Shown: positions 7,173 through 18,148 of the stretch, piece by piece | Numbering within the stretch: position 1 is the first letter of the stretch | How the letters are laid out: the number at the start of each line of letters is the position of its first letter | Assembly (NCBI GenBank): GCA_043511425.1 | Contig: CP121331.1 | Location: forward strand, 1,529,983-1,593,982 | DNA: 64,000 nucleotides | Reading direction: 5' to 3' | From: Sphingobacteriales bacterium | Lineage (GTDB): Bacteria > Bacteroidota > Bacteroidia > NS11-12g > UBA9320 | Notes under the pieces: generated by a model | Seen by the model: only the letters and a program-made list of their open reading frames with translations | Database searches by the model: none | What the model was told of the DNA's origin: nothing | Position numbers and translations under genes: made by a program

Positions 7173-9995
7173 TTACATCTCCATTTCTAAAAACTGACTG
7201 GTATACCCCACCTTGGATGCTACCACCTCTTCAGGAGTACCGGTTATGAGCACTTCTCCGCCTCCATGGCCTCCTTCTGGGCCTATATCCATGATATAAT
7301 CTGCTACTTTTACTACATCCAGGTTATGCTCTATGACAAGCACTGTATTCCCTAAATCTACTAAGTTTTGAAGTACTTCTAGCAACACGCGAATATCCTC
7401 AAAATGAAGTCCTGTGGTAGGTTCATCTAAGATATAAAACGTTTGACCTGTGCCTATCTTGCCTAATTCACTCGCTAGTTTTACACGTTGTGCTTCTCCC
7501 CCAGATATCGTCGTACTACTCTGTCCTAAGGTGATGTATCCCAACCCTACGTCGTTTAACGCTTTAATTTTTCTGTAAATGCTCGGTACCGCTTCGAAGA
7601 ATACTACAGCTTCCTCCACCGTCATACTCAGCACATCACTGATACTCTTATTCTTGTATCGAATCTCTAAGGTCTCTCTGTTGTAGCGTTTACCTGAACA
7701 GGTTTCGCACTCTACCAGCACATCCGGAAGAAAGTTCATTTCAATTACCTTCTGTCCTCCGCCTTTGCAGGTCTCACATCTACCGCCTTTTACATTGAAG
7801 CTAAACCTCCCTGGCTTGTACCCGCGTATCTTGCTCTCGCCTATCTCCGCATACAGGTTTCTGATGTCTGAGAAAAAACCAACATAGGTTGCCGGATTAC
7901 TCCTTGGCGTGCGCCCTATGGGTGACTGATCTATGGTAATCACCTTATCGATATGCTCCAAGCCTTTTACCTGAGCGTATGGCAAGGGTTTTTTCTTACT
8001 GTTATACACGTACTCCGAGAGGATGGGGTGGAGCGTTTCATTGATCAAACTACTCTTTCCACTACCACTCACTCCTGTTACTGCTATAAATTTACCGAGC
8101 GGAAAATCGACAGATATATCTTTCAGGTTATTCCCTGTACAGCCGCTCAGCGAAAGTTTTTTACCACTTCCTTTTCTGCGTTTTTTAGGTACTTCTATCT
8201 TGCGTTGCCCACCGAGATAGTCTGAGGTTACTGTGCCATTGTTTTTAATATCTTCCCATCTACCCGCTGCTACTATCTCTCCCCCATTCTTACCCGCACC
8301 TGGGCCTATATCTACCACATAGTCACTCTCTACTATCATGTCTCGGTCGTGCTCTACCACCAGTACTGAGTTTCCTATATCTCGTAACTCTTTGAGTGAG
8401 TTTATCAATCGTTGGTTGTCCCGCTGATGCAGTCCGATGCTTGGCTCATCTAGGATATACAGTACTTCTTCTAGTTGTGAACCTATTTGCGTAGCGAGCC
8501 TAATCCGCTGCGCCTCACCACCACTTAGCGTCTTAGCACTATTATTTAGGGAGAGGTAAGACAATCCTACATCTACCAGAAACTTAACACGCTCCTTTAT
8601 TTCTTTTACTACTTCATTGGCTATAATGAGCTGACGGTCGGTCATGGTATCAGAAGCGGTCTCTAGCCACTCGTGTAATTCTCCAATACTCTTATTACTC
8701 AGATCTGCTATGCTCATATCACTGATGCGATAAGAGAGCGCTTCTTTATTCAGTCTACCTCCCTTACACGTAGGACAGGGAATTACCGTCATAAACTCAT
8801 CCGCCCACCGACTAAGCGTGCCAAAGCTTTTCTCGTGGTACGCCTCCATAAGCGAAGGTACCAGTCCCTTCCATTTGGTCTCGTAGGTCTGATTATATCC
8901 TGAACTTCCGCGGTATTCTACGTCAAACTTCTCTTCTGTACCATTTAAGATTACATCCAATACATCCTTAGGCAATTCACTAATAGGCTTAGCCATGCTG
9001 AATTTTAGCTTTTTACTCATTGCTTTTAACTGAGTAAACGTCCAGTTATCCTTGATATCTCCTAGAGGAGCTAGCCCGCCTTTGTTAATACTTAGTTTGG
9101 GATTAGGTATTAAATCTTCTTGTAAAATGTCTGAGCTTGTACCGAGTCCATCGCAGGTAGGACACGCACCGTATGGTGAGTTAAATGAAAACAGATTGGG
9201 TTGTGCCTCATTGTATGACAGCCCTGTTTCTACATCCATAAGGTACTTACTAAAATGGGTAAGTTCCTTGGTGTCTGGATTTAAAATGCTGACTACCCCT
9301 TTGCCCATTTTAATAGCGGAGCGAATAGAATCCGTGACCCGCAGACTTCCTGCATCTTCAGGAGAGATACGGTCTATCACTAAGTCTATATCGTGAATCT
9401 TATACCTGTCCAGCTGGATGCCTGGCTCTATGTCTATCAATCCACCGTCTACCCATACTTTGGTATATCCACGTTTCCGGTACTGATCGAACAGTTCTCT
9501 ATAGTGCCCCTTTCTACCTTTTACTAAGGGAGCTAAAATCACCATTTTTTGTAGACTAAACTTCGCATTTACGGAGTCTATAATCTCCTGCTCCGTATAG
9601 CTTTTCATCTTATTACCGCTGAGGTACGAGTACGCATCTCCTGCTCTAGCAAAAAGTAACCGTAAAAAATCGTACACCTCAGTGATGGTACCCACCGTAC
9701 TTCTAGGGTTTTTACTTACTGTCTTTTGCTCTATGGCTATGACCGGACTTAGACCTTCTATCTTATCTACATCTGGCCGCTTCATATCCCCTACGAATTG
9801 GCGTGCATATGCAGAAAAGGTATCCATGTACCTTCTTTGGCCTTCGGCAAACAGAGTGTCAAACGCCAGACTAGACTTACCACTCCCACTTAAACCAGTG
9901 AACACCACTAGTTTATGACGGGGAATCTCTAAATCTATGTTCTTTAAGTTATGCTCTCTAGAACCTACTATTTTGATGAAATCTTGCTCGTTGAT
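7173..9995 (-). CDS. uvrA: Excinuclease ABC subunit A. The first ATG/GTG is at 9908, but the conserved N-terminus is encoded in-frame upstream to about 9995 without a canonical start codon.
   Basis: Two ABC ATPase modules (GLSGSGKSSLAFDT, GVSGSGKSSL), zinc-finger cysteines, and the LSGGEAQR signatures, for 911+ aa. The upstream in-frame translation DFIKIVGSREHNLKNIDLEIPRHKLVVF is the canonical UvrA N-terminus. Confidence 0.93.
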   Translation of the reverse strand: MNEQDFIKIVGSREHNLKNIDLEIPRHKLVVFTGLSGSGKSSLAFDTLFAEGQRRYMDTFSAYARQFVGDMKRPDVDKIEGLSPVIAIEQKTVSKNPRSTVGTITEVYDFLRLLFARAGDAYSYLSGNKMKSYTEQEIIDSVNAKFSLQKMVILAPLVKGRKGHYRELFDQYRKRGYTKVWVDGGLIDIEPGIQLDRYKIHDIDLVIDRISPEDAGSLRVTDSIRSAIKMGKGVVSILNPDTKELTHFSKYLMDVETGLSYNEAQPNLFSFNSPYGACPTCDGLGTSSDILQEDLIPNPKLSINKGGLAPLGDIKDNWTFTQLKAMSKKLKFSMAKPISELPKDVLDVILNGTEEKFDVEYRGSSGYNQTYETKWKGLVPSLMEAYHEKSFGTLSRWADEFMTVIPCPTCKGGRLNKEALSYRISDMSIADLSNKSIGELHEWLETASDTMTDRQLIIANEVVKEIKERVKFLVDVGLSYLSLNNSAKTLSGGEAQRIRLATQIGSQLEEVLYILDEPSIGLHQRDNQRLINSLKELRDIGNSVLVVEHDRDMIVESDYVVDIGPGAGKNGGEIVAAGRWEDIKNNGTVTSDYLGGQRKIEVPKKRRKGSGKKLSLSGCTGNNLKDISVDFPLGKFIAVTGVSGSGKSSLINETLHPILSEYVYNSKKKPLPYAQVKGLEHIDKVITIDQSPIGRTPRSNPATYVGFFSDIRNLYAEIGESKIRGYKPGRFSFNVKGGRCETCKGGGQKVIEMNFLPDVLVECETCSGKRYNRETLEIRYKNKSISDVLSMTVEEAVVFFEAVPSIYRKIKALNDVGLGYITLGQSSTTISGGEAQRVKLASELGKIGTGQTFYILDEPTTGLHFEDIRVLLEVLQNLVDLGNTVLVIEHNLDVVKVADYIMDIGPEGGHGGGEVLITGTPEEVVASKVGYTSQFLEMEM

Positions 9996-10156
9996 AATTG
10001 AAATTATTAGAAGTTTGCGAAGGTACTTATTTCATTGATAAGTAGACCATGAATACTACCTCTGTGTAACACGTTTATCTTCTTTATAGTTTCATTTAAA
10101 AAGGAACAAAATATACTGCATTTTATATATTAATTTGTGCCCCACTACACAGCGCA

Positions 10157-11558
10157 TTGAAAAATAATTATTCAGACCTAATCGATCAAACGTTTAATTT
10201 CCCTACAGAGGAGTTTCACACCAATATGGAAGGTGAACTACAGTACCGAAACATTCCATTGATGGACCTCGCTAAAAAGTACGGAACACCCTTTAGATTC
10301 AGCTATTTACCTAAAATATCTGAGAATATTCAGAAAGCTAAGTTCTGGTTTGCAGATGCATTTGCTGAGCACAACTACAATGGCACCTACAATTATTGTT
10401 ACTGTACCAAAAGCTCACATTATAAGTATGTTATTAAAGAGGGACTTAAAAATGATATTCACTTAGAGACTTCCTCTGCTTTTGACCTGGACCTCATACT
10501 CAATCTTCATAACGACGGTTTATTGGGTAAGGAGCGGTTTATCATCTGCAATGGTTTTAAGACCGATTTATACATTGATAAAATCATAGAACTCATCGAC
10601 ATGGGTTTTGAAAACTTGCACGTAGTCTTAGACAATACCCGTGAGTTTCACCTCCTAAAAGGCCGTACAGAGAAAAAAATAAAACTAGGTATACGCATAG
10701 CTGCAGAGGAAGAACCTAAATTTGAGTTTTACACCTCTAGATTAGGAATAGGGTATAAATACATCGTTCCTTTTTACCAAGACCTGATAGCAGAAGAGCC
10801 TAATATGGAGCTAAAAATGCTTCACTTCTTTATCAACACAGGCATCAGAGACACGGCTTACTACTGGAATGAATTGCGTAAATGTCTGAATGTATATGCC
10901 AAACTAAAAGCGGTGTGTGACAGTGTAGACTCCCTCAATATCGGCGGTGGATTTCCCATCAAACGGAGCCTTAACTTTAGTTACGACTACGCCTATATGA
11001 TCAAGGAAATCGTGGGTCAAATCAAACAAGAGTGTACCGAAAAGAATGTGAGAGAACCTCATATTTTCACTGAGTTTGGCAGCTATCACGGTAGGAGAAA
11101 GTGGCGGCACCGTATATAAAATACTTCACCAAAAAAGACAAAACGACCGTGAACGTTGGGATATGATAGATGGTTCATTTATGACCACACTCCCTGATGC
11201 ATGGGCCATAAACGAACGTTTCATTCTCCTCCCACTCAATAAGTGGAACAAGAGCTATGAGCGTGTGCTCTTGGGTGGACTCACCTGTGACAGTGATGAC
11301 TACTACAATAGCGAGCAACACGTAAACGCAATCTATCTGCCTACTGTAGAAGATACCGATGAAGAGCCACTCTACATCGCTTTTTTCAATACAGGTGCAT
11401 ACCAAGAAAGTCTCAGTGGACAAGGAGGCATCAAACACTGCCTGATCCCTAGTCCGAAGAAGATTCTACTGTACAAAGATGAGCATGGCAATATAAAAGA
11501 TGAGCTATTTGCAGAGGAGCAAAATGTAGAGAGTATGATGAAAATACTCGGATACTAA
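10157..11558 (+). CDS. PLP-dependent (fold-III, ODC/DapDC family) arginine decarboxylase-like enzyme. There is an apparent +1 frameshift near 11085-11090, not at a homopolymer.
   Basis: ORFs 10157..11119 and 11076..11558 overlap and together give one ~465-aa protein. Motifs: NIGGGFPI, and TEFGSY followed by TVGESGGTVYKIL across the shift (the counterpart of EPGRAL.TAHH). The C-terminus is FFNTGAYQESL. Confidence 0.7.
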
Positions 11559-11602
11559 ACACACAACGAATACAACAAAAGACAATTAAAGAATAGAACA
11601 CC

Positions 11603-12571
11603 ATGAGTAAACCAATAAGCGACTTTATAGATAAATACTTCCTCCACTTCAACGCTGCCGCACTAGTAGATGCTGCAGACGAGTACAATAACCAACTCGC
11701 CAAAGGCAACAAAATGATGGTGACTCTCGCAGGGGCGATGAGTACTGCGGAAATGGGCAAGATGTTAGCTGAAATGATACGTCAGGACAAAATACATATC
11801 ATTAGTTGTACAGGTGCTAACTTAGAGGAAGATGTTATGAATCTAGTAGCACACGACCATTACGAGCGAATACCCAACTACCGTGATCTTACCCCACAAC
11901 AGGAGCAAGAACTACTGGATAGACACCTCAATAGAGTTACAGACACATGCATACCAGAAGAAGAAGCCTTTCGCAGAATACAAGGCAATATAGAGCGATT
12001 TTGGAAAGATGCAGAGTCCAAAGGAGAGCGCTACTTGCCGCATGAATATATGTACCAGATGCTACTCGATGGTTGTCTAGAAGAACATTACCAGATAGAC
12101 CCAAAAGATAGCTGGTTATTAGCTGCAGCAGAAAAAAACCTACCGATGGTTGTACCTGGATGGGAAGACAGTACCATGGGAAATATCTTTGCAGGTAACT
12201 GTATCTTGGGTAACCTGAAACCAAGCACAATGAAAAGTGGCATAGAATATATGACCTTCTTGGCAGATTGGTATACGGACTACACGAAAGACAAAGGACT
12301 CGGCTTCTTCCAAATAGGTGGAGGTATAGCAGGAGACTTCCCTATATGCGTAGTGCCCATGCTAGAGCAAGATCTAGAACGTACTACTCCGCTGTGGAGC
12401 TACTTCTGCCAAATCAGTGATAGTACTACAAGTTATGGGTCCTATTCTGGAGCGGTACCCAATGAAAAAATTACCTGGGGAAAACTAGCAGCAGACACGC
12501 CTAAATACATCGTGGAAAGTGATGCTACCATAGTGGCACCTCTGATTTTCGCGAAGGTTCTCGGCTGGTAA
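11603..12571 (+). CDS. Deoxyhypusine synthase-like protein (homospermidine-synthase-like), polyamine metabolism.
   Basis: 322 aa, with a DHS-family Rossmann segment (IISCTGANLEEDV) and NAD-binding profile. It sits in operon position after the arginine decarboxylase. Confidence 0.8.
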   Translation: MSKPISDFIDKYFLHFNAAALVDAADEYNNQLAKGNKMMVTLAGAMSTAEMGKMLAEMIRQDKIHIISCTGANLEEDVMNLVAHDHYERIPNYRDLTPQQEQELLDRHLNRVTDTCIPEEEAFRRIQGNIERFWKDAESKGERYLPHEYMYQMLLDGCLEEHYQIDPKDSWLLAAAEKNLPMVVPGWEDSTMGNIFAGNCILGNLKPSTMKSGIEYMTFLADWYTDYTKDKGLGFFQIGGGIAGDFPICVVPMLEQDLERTTPLWSYFCQISDSTTSYGSYSGAVPNEKITWGKLAADTPKYIVESDATIVAPLIFAKVLGW

Positions 12572-12608
12572 TTCAGCTTAATTAAAGACATATTGAGTAG
12601 GATGGTGG

Positions 12609-13514
12609 CTAATCATTAGCTACCATCACATTCAGTAGCTGCTTCACTTGAGCCAGCTTAGTCTCATTGTTTTCTTTAGCGAAGGACACCTCTAAGTTAC
12701 GCAAGACCCGGATGATGATATCCGCATTACTGCACGTTTTAAAATAGTCTTCCTTCGGTTCCAGATTCATTTGCTTTAGAAACTTATGAATGTTCTCCTG
12801 ATTAAATATAAGACCATTATTGAATGGGTTGATATAAAATAGGATATCGCTATTTGCACCTATCCCATCCGCGCTTTCATCATTAAATCGGAGTAAAGGA
12901 GGCCAGTCAAAATCCTTTACGTATCCTAAAATAAAATGCTGAGGCAAGTTGACTCCGTAAACCGGAATATTAAGTCGCTGCGCTACAATACTATAAATGA
13001 CAGCTAATAGTACCGGATTCCCTTTCTTTCGTTCCAGTACCGATGATAAAAAAGAGTTTTTACTGTGGTGGTAGCTTTCTGTATCTCCACTAAAAGAGTG
13101 CTCCTCGAAGAATATCCTGTTGAGTATTTTGACTTTTTCGAAAGAAGTGAGGTCATAATTGAGCTCGAGCCAAGCGTCCAGCTTTATTTTATCTAACTGA
13201 TTTTCTATGAGCTGCCGATCTATCTCAGGGTCTACTATTTTATTCAGCACGAGCATACCTTCTAGCAGATCTTGCCCTCCAGTATTTACCCAATCTGATA
13301 GTTCCTCCGAAAGCTTCTGCTGCTGTATATGCTTGATGAGTGCTACTACTCTTTCCTGTCTTTTTACACTCTCATCCTCTGGCCATATACGCTCCAAAAC
13401 AGGAATAGCTGCTGTTCCTAAACCCGAAATCTCAGACTCAATATGCTCAACTACCCGCTCATCTGAGTCGTCTAGCAAGTACACCATGTTTCTTAGATCT
13501 TTCTCGTTTAGCAT
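12609..13514 (-). CDS. SirB1/YchA-family protein (transglutaminase-like domain plus TPR-like C-terminus).
   Basis: KKGNPVLLAVIYSIVAQRLNIPVYGVNLPQHFILGY matches the GNP(I/V)SL...GVNFPGHF core of the YchA/SirB1 family. Confidence 0.6.
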   Translation of the reverse strand: MLNEKDLRNMVYLLDDSDERVVEHIESEISGLGTAAIPVLERIWPEDESVKRQERVVALIKHIQQQKLSEELSDWVNTGGQDLLEGMLVLNKIVDPEIDRQLIENQLDKIKLDAWLELNYDLTSFEKVKILNRIFFEEHSFSGDTESYHHSKNSFLSSVLERKKGNPVLLAVIYSIVAQRLNIPVYGVNLPQHFILGYVKDFDWPPLLRFNDESADGIGANSDILFYINPFNNGLIFNQENIHKFLKQMNLEPKEDYFKTCSNADIIIRVLRNLEVSFAKENNETKLAQVKQLLNVMVAND

Positions 13515-13622
13515 TCAGATAAATTGTTGCACCAAAACAACGTATTTTTTTTGACAAAAGAGGCATATACATATAAACGAGTTGACACTAATACTGTACA
13601 CACCTATAAATACAGACGAGAA

Positions 13623-13646
13623 AACAAGGGTTTGTAACCCTCTGAA
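13623..13646 (-). terminator. Putative intrinsic terminator for topA: 6-bp stem AGGGTT/AACCCT with loop TGT, followed by a T-rich tract on the minus strand.
   Basis: Hairpin lies immediately 3' of the topA stop codon. The T-tract is weak. Confidence 0.3.
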
Positions 13647-13648
13647 GA

Positions 13649-15991
13649 CTACTTCTTTTTAGCCGTAGTCTTCTTAGCTGGAGCTTTTTTAGCAGGGGCT
13701 TTACGGCCCTTTGCTGGCTGATTTTCCATGATATGCTTCACCTCTTCTAGGGTAAGTTTCGAAGGATCTTCTAAGTCTTTAGGCAGTTTGAAATTTTTCT
13801 TTCCACTTTTGATAAAAGGACCCCATCTGCCATTGAGTATCTGCGTAGCAGGCTCTTCTTCGAATTGCTTGATAATACGCTCAGCATCTGCCTTACGCTT
13901 AGCGAGCACTAGTTCGATAGCCCTCTCCAACTCTATTTCCATGACATCTTCTTCTTTTGGTATAGAAGCAAAAAGCTTATCATGCTGTACATAAGGACCA
14001 AATCTTCCGATATTGGCTTTCACCGGCTTATCTTCTAATTCACCCAATATTCGAGGCATCTTAAATAGGTCTAAAGCCTCCTCTAACGTTATACTATCTA
14101 TATTCTGTCCTTTGCTCAAACTGGCAAAACGAGGTTTTTCCTCATCATCTTGTTCTCCAATTTGTACCATAGGACCGAATCGTCCGATTCTAGCAATGAT
14201 AGGCTTACCAGATTTAGGATCATTCCCCAAAGCACGCTCACCTGTAGCTCTTTCTGCAGTTTCTAGCGTTTTCTCTACGTCCTTACTAAAGGGCTTGTAG
14301 AAGGTATCTATCATCTGAGACCAGTTTTTCATACCGTCAGCTATATCGTCAAACTCCTTCTCTACAGAAGCAGTAAAACCATAATCCATAATCTCACTAA
14401 AATGCTCAATGAGAAACTCAGTAACTACTTTCCCAATGTCACTCGGGTGCATTTTATTCTTGTCTGCACCATAGTTTTCTGTCAGTGTTTCCTTATTTAT
14501 AGTATCTGCTTTGAGCTCAAGCACTTGATACTCACGCTTCTTCCCTTCTATCTCATCTTTCACTACATAGCCACGTTTCTGCACTGTAGAAATGGTAGGT
14601 GCATAGGTACTTGGTCTTCCTATACCGAGTTCTTCCAATCTCTTCACTAAGCTGGCTTCTGTAAATCTAGCAGGAGGGCGCGTATACCTCTCGGTAGCAT
14701 TGATTTCTAATGCCGCAAGTTCTTCTCCAACAGTTACTTTAGGAAGTAAGCCACTTTCTTCTTCTTCATCTTCATCATCTGTACCCTCGAGGTACACTTT
14801 TAGGAATCCGTCAAACTTTATTACTTCTCCTTTCGCTCTGAATAGGTCACTGTTCTTATCATTTACGATTTCTATACTCGTACGCTCCAGCTCTGCTTCA
14901 CTCATTTGTGAAGATATCGCTCGTTTCCAAATCAACTGATAGAGTCTTTTCTGACCATCATCATCTCCAGCTAAACTGACGTCAAAATTAGTAGGTCGGA
15001 TAGCCTCGTGAGCTTCCTGTGCACTATCATTTTTGGTCGTATACTTTCGTGGATGTGAATACTCTGATCCATACTCTTTTGTGATACTATCTTTAGCACT
15101 GGTGCGCGCAAATTCTGATAAATTCACAGAATCCGTTCTCATATACGTAATGTGTCCATTCTCATAGAGACGTTGGGCCAACATCATCGTTTTGGATACG
15201 TTGTACCCTAATTTTCTACTCGCCTCTTGCTGAAGCGTGGAGGTCGTAAATGGCGCAGCTGGCTTACGCTTTGCTGGTGTTATCTTGATGTCTCCTACGC
15301 TGAAAGTAGCACCTTTGCAGCTTTCTAAGAATGCATTTGCCTGCTCAGCAGTTTTGGGTCTAATATTGGCGTCCGCCTTTATTACTTTTTCAGATGCATT
15401 AAAAAGACCTTGTACTTTAAATGATGATGACGTCTGGAACGCTTGAATCTCTTTCTCACGTTCTACAATTAATCTCACTGCCACACTCTGCACTCTACCT
15501 GCACTTAAACTCGGTTTTACTTTTCTCCACAACACAGGAGAAAGCTGAAAACCTACGAGTCTATCTAAAATACGACGCGCTTGCTGGGCATCTACCAAAT
15601 TTTGGTCTATGTCTCTCGGATGCTCGATAGCGTGAAGTATTGCGGTCTTCGTTATTTCATGAAAAACAATACGTTTGGTATTGCTTGGTTTTAAGCCAAG
15701 CACCTCTGATAAGTGCCAAGATATAGCCTCTCCTTCACGGTCTTCGTCCGATGCTAACCATACCATATCGGCACTCTTAGCTAACTTTTTGAGTTCAGTA
15801 ACTATCTTCTTTTTATCAGGAGACACTACATAGTTTGGGAGGTATCCCTTATCTAGGTCTATAGCTCCATCTCCTTTAGCCAAATCACGAATATGACCGA
15901 AACTGGATTTTACCGTATAATCTTTGCCTAGGTATTTTTCTATAGTTTTTGCTTTGGCAGGCGACTCGACTATGACTAGATTTTTTGACAT
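13649..15991 (-). CDS. topA: DNA topoisomerase I with a C-terminal Lys/Ala-rich tail.
   Basis: TOPRIM N-terminus (LVIVESPAKAKTI), the active-site Tyr region, Zn-ribbon-like repeats, and a KKAPAKKAPAKK tail. 780 aa. Confidence 0.95.
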   Translation of the reverse strand: MSKNLVIVESPAKAKTIEKYLGKDYTVKSSFGHIRDLAKGDGAIDLDKGYLPNYVVSPDKKKIVTELKKLAKSADMVWLASDEDREGEAISWHLSEVLGLKPSNTKRIVFHEITKTAILHAIEHPRDIDQNLVDAQQARRILDRLVGFQLSPVLWRKVKPSLSAGRVQSVAVRLIVEREKEIQAFQTSSSFKVQGLFNASEKVIKADANIRPKTAEQANAFLESCKGATFSVGDIKITPAKRKPAAPFTTSTLQQEASRKLGYNVSKTMMLAQRLYENGHITYMRTDSVNLSEFARTSAKDSITKEYGSEYSHPRKYTTKNDSAQEAHEAIRPTNFDVSLAGDDDGQKRLYQLIWKRAISSQMSEAELERTSIEIVNDKNSDLFRAKGEVIKFDGFLKVYLEGTDDEDEEEESGLLPKVTVGEELAALEINATERYTRPPARFTEASLVKRLEELGIGRPSTYAPTISTVQKRGYVVKDEIEGKKREYQVLELKADTINKETLTENYGADKNKMHPSDIGKVVTEFLIEHFSEIMDYGFTASVEKEFDDIADGMKNWSQMIDTFYKPFSKDVEKTLETAERATGERALGNDPKSGKPIIARIGRFGPMVQIGEQDDEEKPRFASLSKGQNIDSITLEEALDLFKMPRILGELEDKPVKANIGRFGPYVQHDKLFASIPKEEDVMEIELERAIELVLAKRKADAERIIKQFEEEPATQILNGRWGPFIKSGKKNFKLPKDLEDPSKLTLEEVKHIMENQPAKGRKAPAKKAPAKKTTAKKK

Positions 15992-18051
15992 TATTTATTG
16001 ATTATAAGCTTTTTAGACCAGCTTTTATTGTCGCTTATCACAAGTACGCTATAAACACCATTGACCAATGTCTCTGTGTTTATATATGTATTCTGTGGGT
16101 CTAAATTTTGCTGCAAAAGTAATCGTCCTGTGATATCCACAATAGAAACTCTAGCATTGGCATAGTTTTCTAATCCTTTTAGTTCCACTTTATTTTGTGC
16201 TGGGTTCGGTACTAGAGCTAGGTCTAGGTCACTTTCATACGTAGGAACAGAGAGCGCAAATTTCCCAAAATTAATATCATCGAGCAATACAGAATTACCT
16301 TGATTAGCAATCACATCAAAACGAATCAGTAAATTTTCGGCATCTGCAAACCTGCTCAAACTGATCTCTTTACTCTGCCAGTGACTAGGATTTGTAGGCA
16401 GCCAGTCTGGGCTAGCGGCATTCGTCTCCAGCTTGGCAGCATTCATCACCTCTAGGTTGATCCAACTATTACCGCAATCAGTGGATGCCATGACGAGCAT
16501 AATCTCTGAGGCAGCACTACTTCTTCTGGCATATGCATACTTGAAATGTAGATTAGCTTCATTCGGATAAGAGGCTAAATCTACCGGAGTACTAATAGCG
16601 CTCATCCTTAAATTATCCTCCGTATTTTCATCGATAACCACCTGTAACGAGCTGGTTCCTGAAAATCCTCTTGCGATGCTTCTTTTCCATCCATATTCAC
16701 CAATGGTCTCTAATTGCCATGGGTTGATTGATGCCGCATCTTCAAAATCTTGACCGAAAGGAGCAGCATTTTGTGCTGTACTAGGCCGTACTGTAATAAA
16801 ATACTCACGTGTGACAGCGTCTGTCCCTCCATTATTACCTACTTCCAGCTCTACCTTGTATACTCCAGCGGTGTTATAGACCACTACAGGGTTAGGCGCA
16901 GAGGATGTGGCAGGGGTACCTCCCTCAAATCTCCACGTGCGTTCTGTGATGACACCATTATAACTCAAATCTTTAAATTCCGCATTCCCACCTTCACAAA
17001 TCAATGTTTGTTCACTACTGTGCCAAAAATCTGCGGTAGGACCACATGAAGGAACCGTATTTACTCCTGTAGCTATCAGATTAGCGCTAGACACATTGAG
17101 TGCTCTTCCGTTTGTGCTACTTAAATATCCATTTGCTCTAGCGAGCTGTCCATTGGTAAATGCATTCATACATGCACCATTTGCATAGTCCATGAAATTT
17201 TCAACCATATCTGGCTCGTCTGGGCTATCGTTACTGCAGCTATTTGGGTTCTGACCTGCGGTACATCCGTAAGATGGTTCTAATACAGGAGGGGTGTCTG
17301 ACACGCCATCTCCTCCAAAGCAACTGCCTTGAAATGGATGATATAGCCCTAACCAATGTCCTATTTCATGGGTTAACGTACGCCCTTTATCTGAAGCACT
17401 AGCACTTCCAATTGTACCAACTCTACTGTGTATCATCAATATACCATCAGTACTGGCTTGCTGTCCTGGGAACTGAGCATACCCCAGTATCGTTCCTTCC
17501 GTAGTACTCTGTATTTCTTTGACTATCCATATGTTTAAGTATTTATTGCGATCCCAGGCAGGAACAGAAGTCTTAGCAGACTCTACCCTATCATTGCGAT
17601 CTTCGATCATGTTTACGGGATCATACTTACGCGTAATTCCTTCTGTACACGAGCCATCTGGAGCTATACGCGCCAGCTTAAATTCAAGCTCAAAATTTGC
17701 GGCTCTTCCTGCGAATAGTGATCTTGTATTTGAAGCATCCGGATTTTGACGTTGAAAATCTTCATTGATTATTCTAATCTGATCTTCTATTTGAGCCTTG
17801 CTAATATTTTCTTCTCCGTACGCGTGAAGCACATGAAATACTACAGGTATTGTACGTATTGCCTTCTTAGATTTTACATCTACCGTTTCACCATACTCAA
17901 AATCTCGCTGCTGCTCGAAGTACTCCACAGCAGTTTGCCCTTCCGCAAGCTTATCCTCTACTAAGCTCCTATTGTACTCATCCGTCCCACATTGTGCCCA
18001 AGCATTAGACACCAAGCTCATAAGCCCCAGTATATATATTATCTTATTCAT
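15991..18051 (-). CDS. Secreted metzincin metalloprotease (M43 pappalysin/ulilysin-like) with a T9SS C-terminal sorting domain.
   Basis: Signal peptide, then the HEIGHWLGLYH zinc motif (HExxHxxGxxH), then a C-terminal ~80-aa domain ending in a Por_Secre_tail-like beta-sandwich (VELKGL...VYSVLVISDNKSWSKKLIINK). Confidence 0.8.
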   Translation of the reverse strand: MNKIIYILGLMSLVSNAWAQCGTDEYNRSLVEDKLAEGQTAVEYFEQQRDFEYGETVDVKSKKAIRTIPVVFHVLHAYGEENISKAQIEDQIRIINEDFQRQNPDASNTRSLFAGRAANFELEFKLARIAPDGSCTEGITRKYDPVNMIEDRNDRVESAKTSVPAWDRNKYLNIWIVKEIQSTTEGTILGYAQFPGQQASTDGILMIHSRVGTIGSASASDKGRTLTHEIGHWLGLYHPFQGSCFGGDGVSDTPPVLEPSYGCTAGQNPNSCSNDSPDEPDMVENFMDYANGACMNAFTNGQLARANGYLSSTNGRALNVSSANLIATGVNTVPSCGPTADFWHSSEQTLICEGGNAEFKDLSYNGVITERTWRFEGGTPATSSAPNPVVVYNTAGVYKVELEVGNNGGTDAVTREYFITVRPSTAQNAAPFGQDFEDAASINPWQLETIGEYGWKRSIARGFSGTSSLQVVIDENTEDNLRMSAISTPVDLASYPNEANLHFKYAYARRSSAASEIMLVMASTDCGNSWINLEVMNAAKLETNAASPDWLPTNPSHWQSKEISLSRFADAENLLIRFDVIANQGNSVLLDDINFGKFALSVPTYESDLDLALVPNPAQNKVELKGLENYANARVSIVDITGRLLLQQNLDPQNTYINTETLVNGVYSVLVISDNKSWSKKLIINK

Positions 18052-18148
18052 TTATTCTTTTGTTACAAAAAAAGCGATTGAAACATACAAACGCACTTAG
18101 TTTCATGACATTTTAAAGTAATGTTTGATTCAATCTCAGCCCCTTTTA

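Noticed and set aside
10125-10140. -7 promoter box near TATTAATTTGTG upstream of the arginine decarboxylase gene
   Set aside because: It is only a near match (TTAATTTG) to TAnnTTTG, not exact, so it is not reported as a feature.
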